Assembly: GCA_039794345.1 (NCBI GenBank)
Contig: JBDIVQ010000001.1
Coordinates: forward strand, 31,072 to 95,071
Direction: 5' to 3'
Origin: Phycisphaerae bacterium
Lineage (GTDB): Bacteria; Planctomycetota; Phycisphaerae; Phycisphaerales; UBA5793
DNA: 64,000 nucleotides
Shown: positions 24,397-33,036 of the stretch, in pieces
Layout: each line of letters begins with the position of its first letter
Position numbering within the stretch: position 1 is the first letter of the stretch
The notes under the pieces: generated by a model
Told to the model about the DNA's origin: nothing
The model's database searches: none
What the model saw: the letters and a program-made list of their open reading frames with translations, nothing else
Made by a program: the position numbers and the translations under genes

Positions 24397-24678
24397 TCAG
24401 GCCTCGAGTGAATCGGCGAATTGCGCGAACTCGAAGTCCTTTTCGGTGATCCCCCCCGCGTCATGGGTGCTCAGGGTCAGCGTCACGCGGTTCCACCGGA
24501 TGAGGATGTCAGGATGGTGCTGCACGCGCTCGGCCCGCTGCGCCACCTGGTTCACAAACGCCATCGCGCACGCGAAGTCCTTGAACTGGAAGGTGCGGCT
24601 GATGCCGTCTCCCATGACGGACCACTCCGGCGTCGTCTTGAGCCGCTCCTCGATTTCCGCGGGCGAGAGTCTGGCCAT
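24397..24678 (-). CDS. phhB: Pterin-4-alpha-carbinolamine dehydratase
   Basis: RTFQFKDF, HHPDI, LSTHDAGGITEKD motifs; 93 aa. Confidence 0.9.
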   Translation of the reverse strand: MARLSPAEIEERLKTTPEWSVMGDGISRTFQFKDFACAMAFVNQVAQRAERVQHHPDILIRWNRVTLTLSTHDAGGITEKDFEFAQFADSLEA

Positions 24679-24731
24679 GGGGGTGCTCCTATCGTCCGGG
24701 GGCCTTCATCATCTTGGATGCGAATCAGGTC

Positions 24732-25670
24732 ATGTCAAGCCGTGTCACGCGCCTGGCCCCCTCGCCGACCGGCGCTCTGCACCTGGGCAATCTGCGCACG
24801 TTTCTCGTCAACTGGGCGCTGGCTCGCCGCGGGGGCTGGCGGATCATCATGCGCATCGAGGATCTCGATGGGCCGCGCATCAAGCCCCGCGCCGCCGACG
24901 ATCTGATCGAAACCCTGCGGTGGATCGGTTTGGACTGGGACGGGCCGGTCCTCGTGCAGAGCGAAGACCTCGAGCCCAGCCGCGAGGCGATGCGCGCCCT
25001 CGCCTCGCGCGGGCTCGTCTACCCCTGCGAACTCTCGCGCACGGAGATTGAGGCGGCAGCCTCCGCGCCGCACGGCCACGAAGGCGAACTCCGCTTTCCG
25101 GCCTCGCTGCGGCCCCCGACGCGCCCCGAACGATTTCTTGACGATCGGACGAACTGGCGTTTCGTCGTTCCCGACCGTGTCGTGGAGTTCGAAGACAGAC
25201 TCGTCGGCCGCGTCGCGCGCCGGCCGGCCGAGGAGTGCGGCGACTTTGTCGTCTGGACGAAGCGCGGCCAGCCGGCGTATCAACTGGCGGTCGTCGTGGA
25301 CGACGCCCGTCAGGGGGTGACCGACGTCATCCGCGGCGATGACCTGATCGAGTCCGCGGCGCGGCAGATTCTCCTCATCGAGGCGCTGGGCCTGTCCCCG
25401 CAACCGCGCTACCTCCACCTGCCTCTCGTGGTCGGTCGCGACGGCCGGCGTCTCGCCAAGCGCCACGGCGATACGCGAGTGGCCCAGTACCGCGCGATCG
25501 GGACCGCACCCGAGCGCCTCATCGGGCTGATGGCATTCTGGTCGGGGGTGATTCCGGTCCGACGCTCTTTGTCCCTTTCTGAGTTCCGCGATGGCCTCGA
25601 GCCGGCTACCCTTCCCCGCGGGCCGATCACGTTCACCAGCGAGGATGACCAGTGGCTGAGAGAGAGATGA
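24732..25670 (+). CDS. gluQ: Glutamyl-Q tRNA(Asp) synthetase
   Basis: RLAPSPTGALHLGN (HIGH), RIEDLD, YQLAVVVDD, RGDDL, RLAKRH; short protein with no anticodon-binding domain. Confidence 0.88.
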   Translation: MSSRVTRLAPSPTGALHLGNLRTFLVNWALARRGGWRIIMRIEDLDGPRIKPRAADDLIETLRWIGLDWDGPVLVQSEDLEPSREAMRALASRGLVYPCELSRTEIEAAASAPHGHEGELRFPASLRPPTRPERFLDDRTNWRFVVPDRVVEFEDRLVGRVARRPAEECGDFVVWTKRGQPAYQLAVVVDDARQGVTDVIRGDDLIESAARQILLIEALGLSPQPRYLHLPLVVGRDGRRLAKRHGDTRVAQYRAIGTAPERLIGLMAFWSGVIPVRRSLSLSEFRDGLEPATLPRGPITFTSEDDQWLRER

Positions 25671-26185
25671 GATCGCGCGGGGTGCTCCTGGGTCTGGTCA
25701 TTGCGGCGGCGATGATGCTGGCCGGCTGCGACAAGGACACTTCCGCCACCTTCCCCGTCAAGATCGCCGACGAGTGGTTCACCCTCGAAACCGCGATCTC
25801 GCCGACCGATCAGGCGCGCGGCCTGGGGGGTCGCGAGTCGATCGCCGACGACGGAGGGATGATCTTCGTTTTCGACCGCGACGAAGAGCGCAATTTCTGG
25901 ATGCTCGACTGCCTCGTTGACATCGACATCCTCTATCTCGACTGGCAGGGGTTCATCGTCTCGGCCTACACGATGAAGGCCCAACCTCTCCGCCAACCGG
26001 GGGAGTCGGAGGCTGCGTACCACCAGCGGCTGCGGACCGATTCCTATCCGAGCCGGGGCCGCTGCCGCTACGTCATCGAGTTGCGGGCGGGCCGCATTGC
26101 CGAACTCGGCCTGCGCAAGGGTCAGAAGATTGAACTCGATCTCGAGCGCCTCAAGGCGCTCGCGAAGAGTGCCGATGATCGCTGA
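25667..26185 (+). CDS. DUF192 family lipoprotein
   Basis: Lipobox LAGC; QARGLGGR, GMIFVF, FWM, YVIEL; ATGA-coupled to gluQ. Confidence 0.8.
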   Translation: MRSRGVLLGLVIAAAMMLAGCDKDTSATFPVKIADEWFTLETAISPTDQARGLGGRESIADDGGMIFVFDRDEERNFWMLDCLVDIDILYLDWQGFIVSAYTMKAQPLRQPGESEAAYHQRLRTDSYPSRGRCRYVIELRAGRIAELGLRKGQKIELDLERLKALAKSADDR

Positions 26186-26236
26186 GGGCGTGGCCCACTT
26201 TCCGGACCCCGGCTGCGCCAGCCGTCCGGTCCGATC

Positions 26237-27526
26237 ATGGCGATCCACCACGTCCATCTTGTGGGTTTCGACGCAGATGCGGAATTGCTCGCGCGCTGGT
26301 GCGAGGCTCTTCCCGCGTGCTGGCCGGGCGAGTCGCGCCTGGCCGTTGAGCCGCTGAGCGTGGAGCAGACCGTCGCCGCCCTCGAAGACCATCGCATCGA
26401 CGCGTGTCTCTACTTCGTCTCGTCGGCGACCTTGTCGCCCGCCGCCTACCAGATGCTCGACGCCCTCGATGAGCAGCGGGTGCCCACGATCATCCTGACG
26501 CACGACCGGCGGTTCCTGAACGCCCACGTCTCGCCGGAGCAGGCCCTCGTCTGCGACCTCTCCGAGCCGATCGACCGCGTCGCCCTCCGCCTCGAGACGC
26601 TGCTCCAGCGGCAGCGGACCGTGGAGCGCTGCGTGGAGGAACTGCGCGTGGCGCGGCGATGCCAGACCGGCCTGCAGAGCGAAGTCTCGCGCATTCACGA
26701 CGAGATGCAACTCGCCTCGATGATCCAGCGCGAGTTCCTGCCGCGCGCTCTTCCCGCGCTCGACGACGTGCGCTTCGGCGTCTTCTACCGCCCTGCCGGC
26801 TACGTGAGCGGCGACATGTATGATGTCCGTCGCCTCGATGAGCACACCATCGGCTTCTTCCTTGCCGACGCGGTTGGTCACGGCGTGCCCGCGGCGCTGC
26901 TCACCATGGTCATCTCGCGCTGCCTCACGCTCAAGGTCATCAATGATGTAGACTACCGCATCGTCCCGCCCGGCGAAGTGCTCGCGCGCCTTAATGAGGA
27001 GATGCTCCGCCTTCAGAGCGCCGGTGGGCGCTTCGCCACTGCCGTCTACGGCGTCATCGACACCCGCACTCACAAGGTCACCATCGCCGGCGCGGGCCAT
27101 CCGCCCCCGCGTCTCATTCAGGACGACGGCGAGTCCCTCGGCCTCGAGACCGACGGTGGCCTGCTGGGGGTCTTTCCCGACGCCGCCTTCAGCGAAATCT
27201 CCTTTACCCTGCGCGCCGGCGAACGCCTGGTCCTCTTCACCGACGGCTTCGAGACCGCCTTCCCCGATCAGTCCTCCGCCAGGCGCCAGCGACGCCTGCC
27301 CACCGACCGCTATCTCGACTGTCTCGCGCGCATCTGCGGCTCGCACGCGACCGTCGAGGAGAGCATCGCCCAACTCGGCGTGCTCGTGGATGACCAGTCC
27401 GGCTCGCTCCACCAGATCGACGACCTCACGGCGATCATCATTCAGTCCGACGCCCCCGCCGGGTGCGTGAGCGTCGCCTCGCCGGTCGGCGCCCGCACCG
27501 GTCGCAGCGCCGACCTCGCGGCGTAA
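26237..27526 (+). CDS. PP2C/SpoIIE (RsbU-like) phosphatase with degenerate receiver-like N-terminus
   Basis: Coiled coil, A..IQ..FLP, VSGDMYD, ADAVGHGVPAALL, AGHPPP, FTDG and DDLT motifs. Confidence 0.85.
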   Translation: MAIHHVHLVGFDADAELLARWCEALPACWPGESRLAVEPLSVEQTVAALEDHRIDACLYFVSSATLSPAAYQMLDALDEQRVPTIILTHDRRFLNAHVSPEQALVCDLSEPIDRVALRLETLLQRQRTVERCVEELRVARRCQTGLQSEVSRIHDEMQLASMIQREFLPRALPALDDVRFGVFYRPAGYVSGDMYDVRRLDEHTIGFFLADAVGHGVPAALLTMVISRCLTLKVINDVDYRIVPPGEVLARLNEEMLRLQSAGGRFATAVYGVIDTRTHKVTIAGAGHPPPRLIQDDGESLGLETDGGLLGVFPDAAFSEISFTLRAGERLVLFTDGFETAFPDQSSARRQRRLPTDRYLDCLARICGSHATVEESIAQLGVLVDDQSGSLHQIDDLTAIIIQSDAPAGCVSVASPVGARTGRSADLAA

Positions 27527-27616
27527 GGGTGAGACGACCCACCCGCCTCGCTGGATGTGACCTCCGCTGCTCTCGACCGTCCAACTGCAACCGCAGTCAG
27601 CCTCCTCGCTTTTTCC

Positions 27617-27645
27617 TTGCAACCCGCCCCGCCGTCCTGTACACT
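27617..27645 (+). promoter_or_regulatory. sigma70 promoter of array gene 1
   Basis: TTGCAA-N17-TACACT in a GC-rich background, ~54 nt before ATG 27699 (RBS AAGGAG). Confidence 0.7.
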
Positions 27646-27698
27646 TGCGGCAGGGCGAAGACCATCGCGGGGACGAAGGCCATCGCGAAGGAGTGCAT

Positions 27699-27974
27699 AT
27701 GACCGGACCGACCGCACGAGGCACGATCGTCGCCGACAGGCCCGTCGAACTCGCCGCCCCGTGGTGGACGCGGCGCAACGTCCTGATCACCTGCGTCTCG
27801 ATCAGCGCCCCCGGCGGCGTCGTTTACGTCGGCGGACCGAGTGTGAGCGCCGACGACGGCTACCCCCTCCGCGCCCGAGAGCGCCTTCAACTCGACCTCG
27901 CCCCCGACGCCGCACTCTTCGCCGTCGTGTCAACCGGCACCGCCGATGTGCGCGTTCTGGAGACGAGCGAGTGA
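27699..27974 (+). CDS. Small all-beta protein, array paralog 1 (phage structural-like)
   Basis: 91 aa; RR.V.I...VYVGG..V....GYPL...E.L....VRVLE signature shared with paralogs 3 and 5; RBS AAGGAG. Confidence 0.75.
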   Translation: MTGPTARGTIVADRPVELAAPWWTRRNVLITCVSISAPGGVVYVGGPSVSADDGYPLRARERLQLDLAPDAALFAVVSTGTADVRVLETSE

Positions 27975-28094
27975 TGGATCAAGCGGCTCCGCCGCCGCGC
28001 GTGGCGCAGAGGAATTGCGCAGGCGGAACCAGCGGGCGGCGGCCATGTTTCAGCCGGAGGCCCAGAGAATTCGGGTAGTTCCCGCATATTTCCC

Positions 28095-28123
28095 TTGCAC
28101 ACCTCCCGACCGTCGGGTACACT
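28095..28123 (+). promoter_or_regulatory. sigma70 promoter of array gene 2 (near copy of 27617-27645)
   Basis: TTGCAC-N17-TACACT; flanks TTTCC(C) upstream and T-G downstream match the first promoter. Confidence 0.7.
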
Positions 28124-28157
28124 TGAGTACTCTGGCGGGTTTCCGAGGGAGAATCGC

Positions 28158-28475
28158 ATGAGCAGGCCCGATGTGCCCGTCGTCATCACCGTGCCCCGCA
28201 CCACCGGAAGCTCGACCTCCATCAGCGGTGGCGCCACTGAGGTCATCCTCCGCGCCCGCTCCTCCAACGTGCAGGCGATCAGCCTCAACGTGACGACCTC
28301 GGGCGAGTCTGATCCATCGACTTCCGGCGGCAACGCCATGATCCTGTTTCCGGGTGAATCGCTCCAACTGCCCGCCGACCCGGCGTCGGGCACGCTCCTG
28401 GTCAAGTACGTCACACTGAACGACGACAGCGACCTGGCGCAGCCGGTGCTGGAGATCGTCGAGATCGTACCCTGA
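28158..28475 (+). CDS. Small all-beta protein, array paralog 2 (divergent)
   Basis: 105 aa; EVILRARSSN..., ILFPGESLQL and a terminal LEIVEI strand; RBS GAGGGAG. Confidence 0.65.
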   Translation: MSRPDVPVVITVPRTTGSSTSISGGATEVILRARSSNVQAISLNVTTSGESDPSTSGGNAMILFPGESLQLPADPASGTLLVKYVTLNDDSDLAQPVLEIVEIVP

Positions 28476-28505
28476 CGCGTACCATCCATCCGGAGGAGGG
28501 CGACG

Positions 28506-28868
28506 ATGCCCCATTCCACCGCCCTGCTCATCGAACCCGAAACCGCGCCCGCGAGCGAGATCGACGAGCGGCCCTATCTCATCGCCGATCGCGCCAACGT
28601 CGCGGTCAAAGCCGCGGCCCTCATCGTGAGCACCACGGCCGTCGAACTCACCGCCGGCCTGGCGCGGCGGCGCAAGGTCTACATCAAGAACATCGCCACG
28701 ACCAACGTTCTTTACGTCGGCGGCTCGGGCGTGACGACATCCAACGGCTACCCGATTGGCGTCAAGGAAGAACTCTGGATCGACGCAAGCCCCGGCGCGC
28801 CAGTCTATGGCGTCATGGCGTCACCGGCCCTGAGCACCAACGTCCGCGTACTGGAGGCCGGAGTATGA
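28506..28868 (+). CDS. Small all-beta protein, array paralog 3
   Basis: 120 aa; VSTTAVEL, RRRKVYIKN, YVGGSGV, GYPIG, VYGV, VRVLE; RBS GGAGGAGG. Confidence 0.8.
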   Translation: MPHSTALLIEPETAPASEIDERPYLIADRANVAVKAAALIVSTTAVELTAGLARRRKVYIKNIATTNVLYVGGSGVTTSNGYPIGVKEELWIDASPGAPVYGVMASPALSTNVRVLEAGV

Positions 28869-29227
28869 CGCTCCACAGCGATTCAGTCTCGCTCGATGAA
28901 GACGGCCGCGTGCGGATCAACCGCGCGTGCCCGGCCGTAAAGCACGCGCAGTTCTCCGTCGGTGACACGCAAGTGAAACTCGAAACTGGCTTGGCTCATC
29001 GCCGGACGCTCATCATCAAGCCTCTTCGCAGCGGCACGGACCCGAACCGGCCACGCCGGTGGATTGCGATCGGCCCCGACGGTTTCGACGCCGCCGATGG
29101 CGTGCCGGTGTGGGAAGAGTTTGAATTGATCCTGAGCGTGAGTCCGGAGGATGCGATCTACGCCCTTCAAGGGGACAGTGAGACAGGCGACATCGATGTT
29201 CGAATCCTCGAAGTGGGAGAAGGATGA
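28865..29227 (+). CDS. Small all-beta protein, array paralog 4
   Basis: 120 aa; SVGDTQVKL, HRRTLIIK, IAIG, GVPV, IYAL, VRILE; ATGA overlap with paralog 3. Confidence 0.78.
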   Translation: MTLHSDSVSLDEDGRVRINRACPAVKHAQFSVGDTQVKLETGLAHRRTLIIKPLRSGTDPNRPRRWIAIGPDGFDAADGVPVWEEFELILSVSPEDAIYALQGDSETGDIDVRILEVGEG

Positions 29228-29230
29228 ATC

Positions 29231-29575
29231 ATGGGCAAGCCGTCCAAGGTATGGCCGATCGATCCGACCGGACGCGTGTGGATTACGGAGGCTGCGGAGA
29301 ACCAGATCGCCACGGCGACGATCAGTGTGGGAACGACAGCCGTCACACTGACGACTAATACGAGCGGTTTGAAGCGCCGCAAACTGCTCGTCCGCAACAC
29401 GAAGGGTCCGGAAGTCGTTGCTTACGTCGGCGACGGCAACGTATCCGTCAGTTCCGGTTATCCCCTCTTCAGAAACGATGAAATTGAACTCGATGTGGAT
29501 GCGAGTGCGGTAGTGGCGGCGATCAGGGCATCGGGCGGTGCGGATGGGGAAGTGCGCATCGTGGAGGTCGAATAA
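29231..29575 (+). CDS. Small all-beta protein, array paralog 5
   Basis: 114 aa; SVGTTAVTL, KRRKLLVRN, AYVGDGNV, GYPL, VRIVE. Confidence 0.8.
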   Translation: MGKPSKVWPIDPTGRVWITEAAENQIATATISVGTTAVTLTTNTSGLKRRKLLVRNTKGPEVVAYVGDGNVSVSSGYPLFRNDEIELDVDASAVVAAIRASGGADGEVRIVEVE

Positions 29576-29576
29576 C

Positions 29577-29990
29577 ATGGGACGCAGACTGCTCACCAAG
29601 GCGCCACGCGTCGACGAGACCGGGGCGATACTGGTCAATTACGCCGCCGGCCGAGTTGGCGGGGCGCAGGTAGGGCGTGTCGATCTTGATCAGGCGCAGG
29701 TGTGTGTCCCGTTTTCAGGCGGATCGCCTCTGGCCGACAGAAAGTACGTTGTGATCACAAACGTCGCTGAGGCCATTAATCTGGGAATTGATGGCATGAC
29801 GTTTGCCGATTCGTACGTACTTCCGGGAGCCGGCCGGGGAACTGGATCGCTTCCTCCTGATCTTGCCAGATACTCAAACCGCAAGCAGTTCTTGCGCGGT
29901 CAGTATCTCTCAATCGCCTGCTTCAGCGCCGTCGGGATTTGCGCTCGGTCATTAAATGCTGAGATCGCGGGTTCGTTGGAGTTGTCATGA
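29577..29990 (+). CDS. Small protein, array paralog 6 (divergent)
   Basis: 137 aa; N-terminal VDETG arm, LADRKYVVITN, INLG, DSYVL; starts 1 nt after the paralog 5 stop. Confidence 0.62.
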   Translation: MGRRLLTKAPRVDETGAILVNYAAGRVGGAQVGRVDLDQAQVCVPFSGGSPLADRKYVVITNVAEAINLGIDGMTFADSYVLPGAGRGTGSLPPDLARYSNRKQFLRGQYLSIACFSAVGICARSLNAEIAGSLELS

Positions 29991-31042
29991 TGTTGCGGCA
30001 ACGACTATTGACTGCCTCCGCTTTTGCGCTGCTTTGGAATCCTCTGGCCGCGGGCCAGGGCATCCTGTGGGACAGTGGCGAGTGGGATCTGCGCGCGGCC
30101 ACGTCTTCCGAGCGGAACACCGAAGTAGATGACTCATGGGTTGTCGATGATGCCATCTTCGAAACAGGTGTTATGATAACAGGATATCGGTGGTTCTCGA
30201 GACTGCGCGACAATTGGGGAGGGGCGAGGCCGCTCGGCGCGGATTTCATCGTGCTCACCGACGAGTTTGAGAAGATCGTGGAATTGCGAGACCTGCCCTA
30301 TGACATTGAGTTTGTTGGCGAGTTTCGTGGGAGCCCTTACTTCAGGATGGAAGTTCACGGGCTGGATGTGGCCCTGCCGCCCGGCCGCTATTATTTGGGC
30401 GGTCGACCCGTGGGGGAGGGACTCTACCAGGCATTCACCGGAATGAACGCAACAATCCTCGGCCAGACGGTAGCGTACTTTCGATCAGAGTTCTTTGGAA
30501 TTCCTGAGTGGACGGCGATAGACAACCTCGTCGGTGCGCGCTTGGATATCGCCTTCACCGTCTTCGGCCACGTCGTGCGCGAGGAAGTCGAGGCGGAGTC
30601 CTTCACCGTTCCTCTTGGCCGACTGCTCGGCGGTGAGGTCTCCGACCTGCATGAGAGTGATGATCGTTACATTACGATCCGCAACCGGGCGCTGATGGCG
30701 CTGACCCTGCCGATGATCCGCATGGAGGTGCAAGGCGTAACCGCCGTCGAGACGGCTTCGCGCATTACCGTCACGGTCGAGACGGCGGCGAGCAGTCTGC
30801 CCAAACAACCCCTCCAGCGCCTCGCCCTCTTCGATTACGTCGCGGAGAGGTGGATCACCATCGACGAGCGCGCAGCCACCATCATCGACACGTCGATCGC
30901 GATCATCATCGAAGACGACCCGACGCGCTTCATCGCCCCCGGCACAGGCCAACTCAGAATGCGCCTCGACTGGTTCGACCCCAACGCGACCACCCCCTGG
31001 GGCGTCCGCATCGATCACGCAACGTGGGTCGTGGAGCGGTAG
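29987..31042 (+). CDS. Secreted two-domain hypothetical protein
   Basis: Sec-type signal (RQRLLTASAFALLWNPLAAG); N-domain WDSG...VVDD...Y.LGG; C-domain GRLLGGEVSDLHESDD...LFDY...W...IDHATW; ATGA-coupled to paralog 6. Confidence 0.75.
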   Translation: MMLRQRLLTASAFALLWNPLAAGQGILWDSGEWDLRAATSSERNTEVDDSWVVDDAIFETGVMITGYRWFSRLRDNWGGARPLGADFIVLTDEFEKIVELRDLPYDIEFVGEFRGSPYFRMEVHGLDVALPPGRYYLGGRPVGEGLYQAFTGMNATILGQTVAYFRSEFFGIPEWTAIDNLVGARLDIAFTVFGHVVREEVEAESFTVPLGRLLGGEVSDLHESDDRYITIRNRALMALTLPMIRMEVQGVTAVETASRITVTVETAASSLPKQPLQRLALFDYVAERWITIDERAATIIDTSIAIIIEDDPTRFIAPGTGQLRMRLDWFDPNATTPWGVRIDHATWVVER

Positions 31043-31098
31043 GGGCGCGACAAGTGCCGATGGAGTGGCGAGGATAGGAAAGTAAGAAGCGAAGATCG

Positions 31099-31135
31099 CC
31101 CCCATCCCGGCCTTCCCCCGCAGAGCCGGGGGAGG
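31099..31135. repeat. REP-like palindromic element
   Basis: CCCCCATCCCGGCC followed by hairpin TCCCCCG-CAGAGC-CGGGGGA between convergent genes; a related degenerate copy lies in the opposite orientation at ~33349-33376. Confidence 0.45.
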
Positions 31136-31194
31136 AGAGTGCACTCAACGCGGCGCGGCGCGATTCGCGGGAATTGCGACGGCGCGCCGCGGAA

Positions 31195-32007
31195 CTACCG
31201 CCCGACTTCAAATCGCTGGAAGCCGGTGATGCTCACGCCCTTGGGCAGCACGTCCTTGACGCTCTGCTTGCCCTCCGGATCCTTCACGTACTTCTGATCG
31301 AGAAGGGTGATCTCCTGGAGGAACTTGCGGATCTTGCCTTCGACCATCTTCTCGGCGATTTCGGGCGGCTTGCCGGACTCCATCGCTTCGGCCTTGGCCA
31401 TCTCGCGCTGCTTGCTGACGACGTCGGCCGGAATGTCCTTGTCGGAGACGCCCTGGGGGATGGGGACGTGGCTGACGATGTGCATGCAGATGCCCTTGGC
31501 CGTCTCCTCATCCACCGCGCCTGAGAACGTGATGACCGCCGCCTTCTGATTGTCGAAGTGGAGGTACGCGCCGACGCAGGGTGCTTCGAGTTTCAGGCCG
31601 CGCTTGTAGACCGTGTTCTCCCCCGTGGTGATGCGGATGTTGTCCACCAGGGACGTGATGCGGTCGTCGGCGCTGACGTCGCCGGCGGGGCCGCTGAGGG
31701 CGATCGACGCGATTTCGTTGGCGGCCTTCTCGACCATCTCGTTGCGCGCGGTGAAATCCGTCTCGACGTTGATCTCGACGATGGCGACAGCCTTGCGGTC
31801 GGGCGAGGTGGCGACGGCGAGGCGTCCCTGGGCCATGGCGCGGCCGGCGCGCTCATCCATCTTGCCCTTGAGTTTGGCGCGGAGCCACTCGACGGCCTTT
31901 TCCATGTCGCCGTCGTTGACGGTGAGCGCCTCCTTGCAATCCATCATCCCGAGGCCGGTTCGCTGGCGCAGGGCCATCACGTCTTTGGCGCTGATCGTTG
32001 CTGACAT
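31195..32007 (-). CDS. tsf: Elongation factor Ts
   Basis: LRQRTGLGMMDCKEAL, EINVETDFTARN, KIRKF...LLDQ; downstream of rpsB. Confidence 0.97.
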   Translation of the reverse strand: MSATISAKDVMALRQRTGLGMMDCKEALTVNDGDMEKAVEWLRAKLKGKMDERAGRAMAQGRLAVATSPDRKAVAIVEINVETDFTARNEMVEKAANEIASIALSGPAGDVSADDRITSLVDNIRITTGENTVYKRGLKLEAPCVGAYLHFDNQKAAVITFSGAVDEETAKGICMHIVSHVPIPQGVSDKDIPADVVSKQREMAKAEAMESGKPPEIAEKMVEGKIRKFLQEITLLDQKYVKDPEGKQSVKDVLPKGVSITGFQRFEVGR

Positions 32008-32151
32008 TCCATCATCCCTTCTGCTGACTGCGGTTCGGACGGGCCGTCGATCGAGCGAGTGGCGGCCGGGCGTCCTGGCGGTTTCTGGAAGGCTCGTCCC
32101 CCGCGGTCGGGAGCGAGCGAAGAGGCCCAGGCGCGGTGACTGCCGGCGGGC

Positions 32152-33036
32152 TCAGTTCGACCCCTGGTTCGGGCCGACGGGTGCGGCGGCCTCGGCGCCC
32201 GGCTCCGCCTGCTGATCGGGCCCGGCGGCGACGGGTTCATCCTTGAGGAACATGGCGCGTCGGCTGCGGCGCGGCGCGGCGGCAGCGGCGCCCTCGGCCG
32301 GAGCGCTGCGGCCTTCCTCGTCCGCCTGCTGCGCGACGACGCGCTGGTTCTTGCCTTCGACGACGGCGGCGCACAACTCGCGGATGATCACGTCGATGGA
32401 GCGCATGGAGTCGTCGTTGCCGGGAATGGGGATGTCGGCGAGGTCGGGGTCGCCGTCGGTGTCGATGAGGCAGATCGTCGGGATGCCGAGTTTCTTCGCC
32501 TCCATGATGGCGTTCATCTCGCGCTTGACGTCGATCACGACGATGGCGCCGGGCAGTTTGCCCATGTTGCGGATGCCTTCGAGGTTGCGCAGGATCTTCT
32601 TGCGCTCGCGGCGCAACTGGCTCTCCATCTTCTTGGAGTAGTTGGCGATGTCGCCGCTCTCCTCGATGCGCTCGAGTTCTTCGAGGCGCTTGAGGCGCGA
32701 GCGGATGGTGCGGAAGTTCGTGAGCGTTCCGCCGAGCCAGCGCTCGATGACCCAGTGCATCTTGACGTCGCCGACGCGCTCGCGGATGACGTCGCGGGCC
32801 TGGCGCTTCGTGCCGACAAAGCAGACGTCCTTGCCCGAGGCGACGGTCTTGGCGATGAACTTCTTGGCCAGAAGCAGCCCCTTGACCGTCTCCTTGATGT
32901 CGATGATGTGGATGTTGTTGCGCTTGCCGTAGATGTACGGCTGCATGCGGGGGTTCCAGTTGGAACTGCGCTGTCCGAAGTGGATGCCCGCTTCGATGAG
33001 GTCGCTCACGAGCGACTTAGACGTGGTCAGAGCCAT
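32152..33036 (-). CDS. rpsB: 30S ribosomal protein S2
   Basis: LIEAGIHFG, WNPRM, FVGTK, RWLGGTLTNF, IPGNDD; start ATG 33036 after GAAAGGAG. Confidence 0.97.
   Translation of the reverse strand: MALTTSKSLVSDLIEAGIHFGQRSSNWNPRMQPYIYGKRNNIHIIDIKETVKGLLLAKKFIAKTVASGKDVCFVGTKRQARDVIRERVGDVKMHWVIERWLGGTLTNFRTIRSRLKRLEELERIEESGDIANYSKKMESQLRRERKKILRNLEGIRNMGKLPGAIVVIDVKREMNAIMEAKKLGIPTICLIDTDGDPDLADIPIPGNDDSMRSIDVIIRELCAAVVEGKNQRVVAQQADEEGRSAPAEGAAAAAPRRSRRAMFLKDEPVAAGPDQQAEPGAEAAAPVGPNQGSN

Noticed and set aside
27600-31100. Intact prophage or gene transfer agent
   Set aside because: No capsid, portal, terminase, tail, lysis or integrase genes. Only the small paralog array is phage-like.
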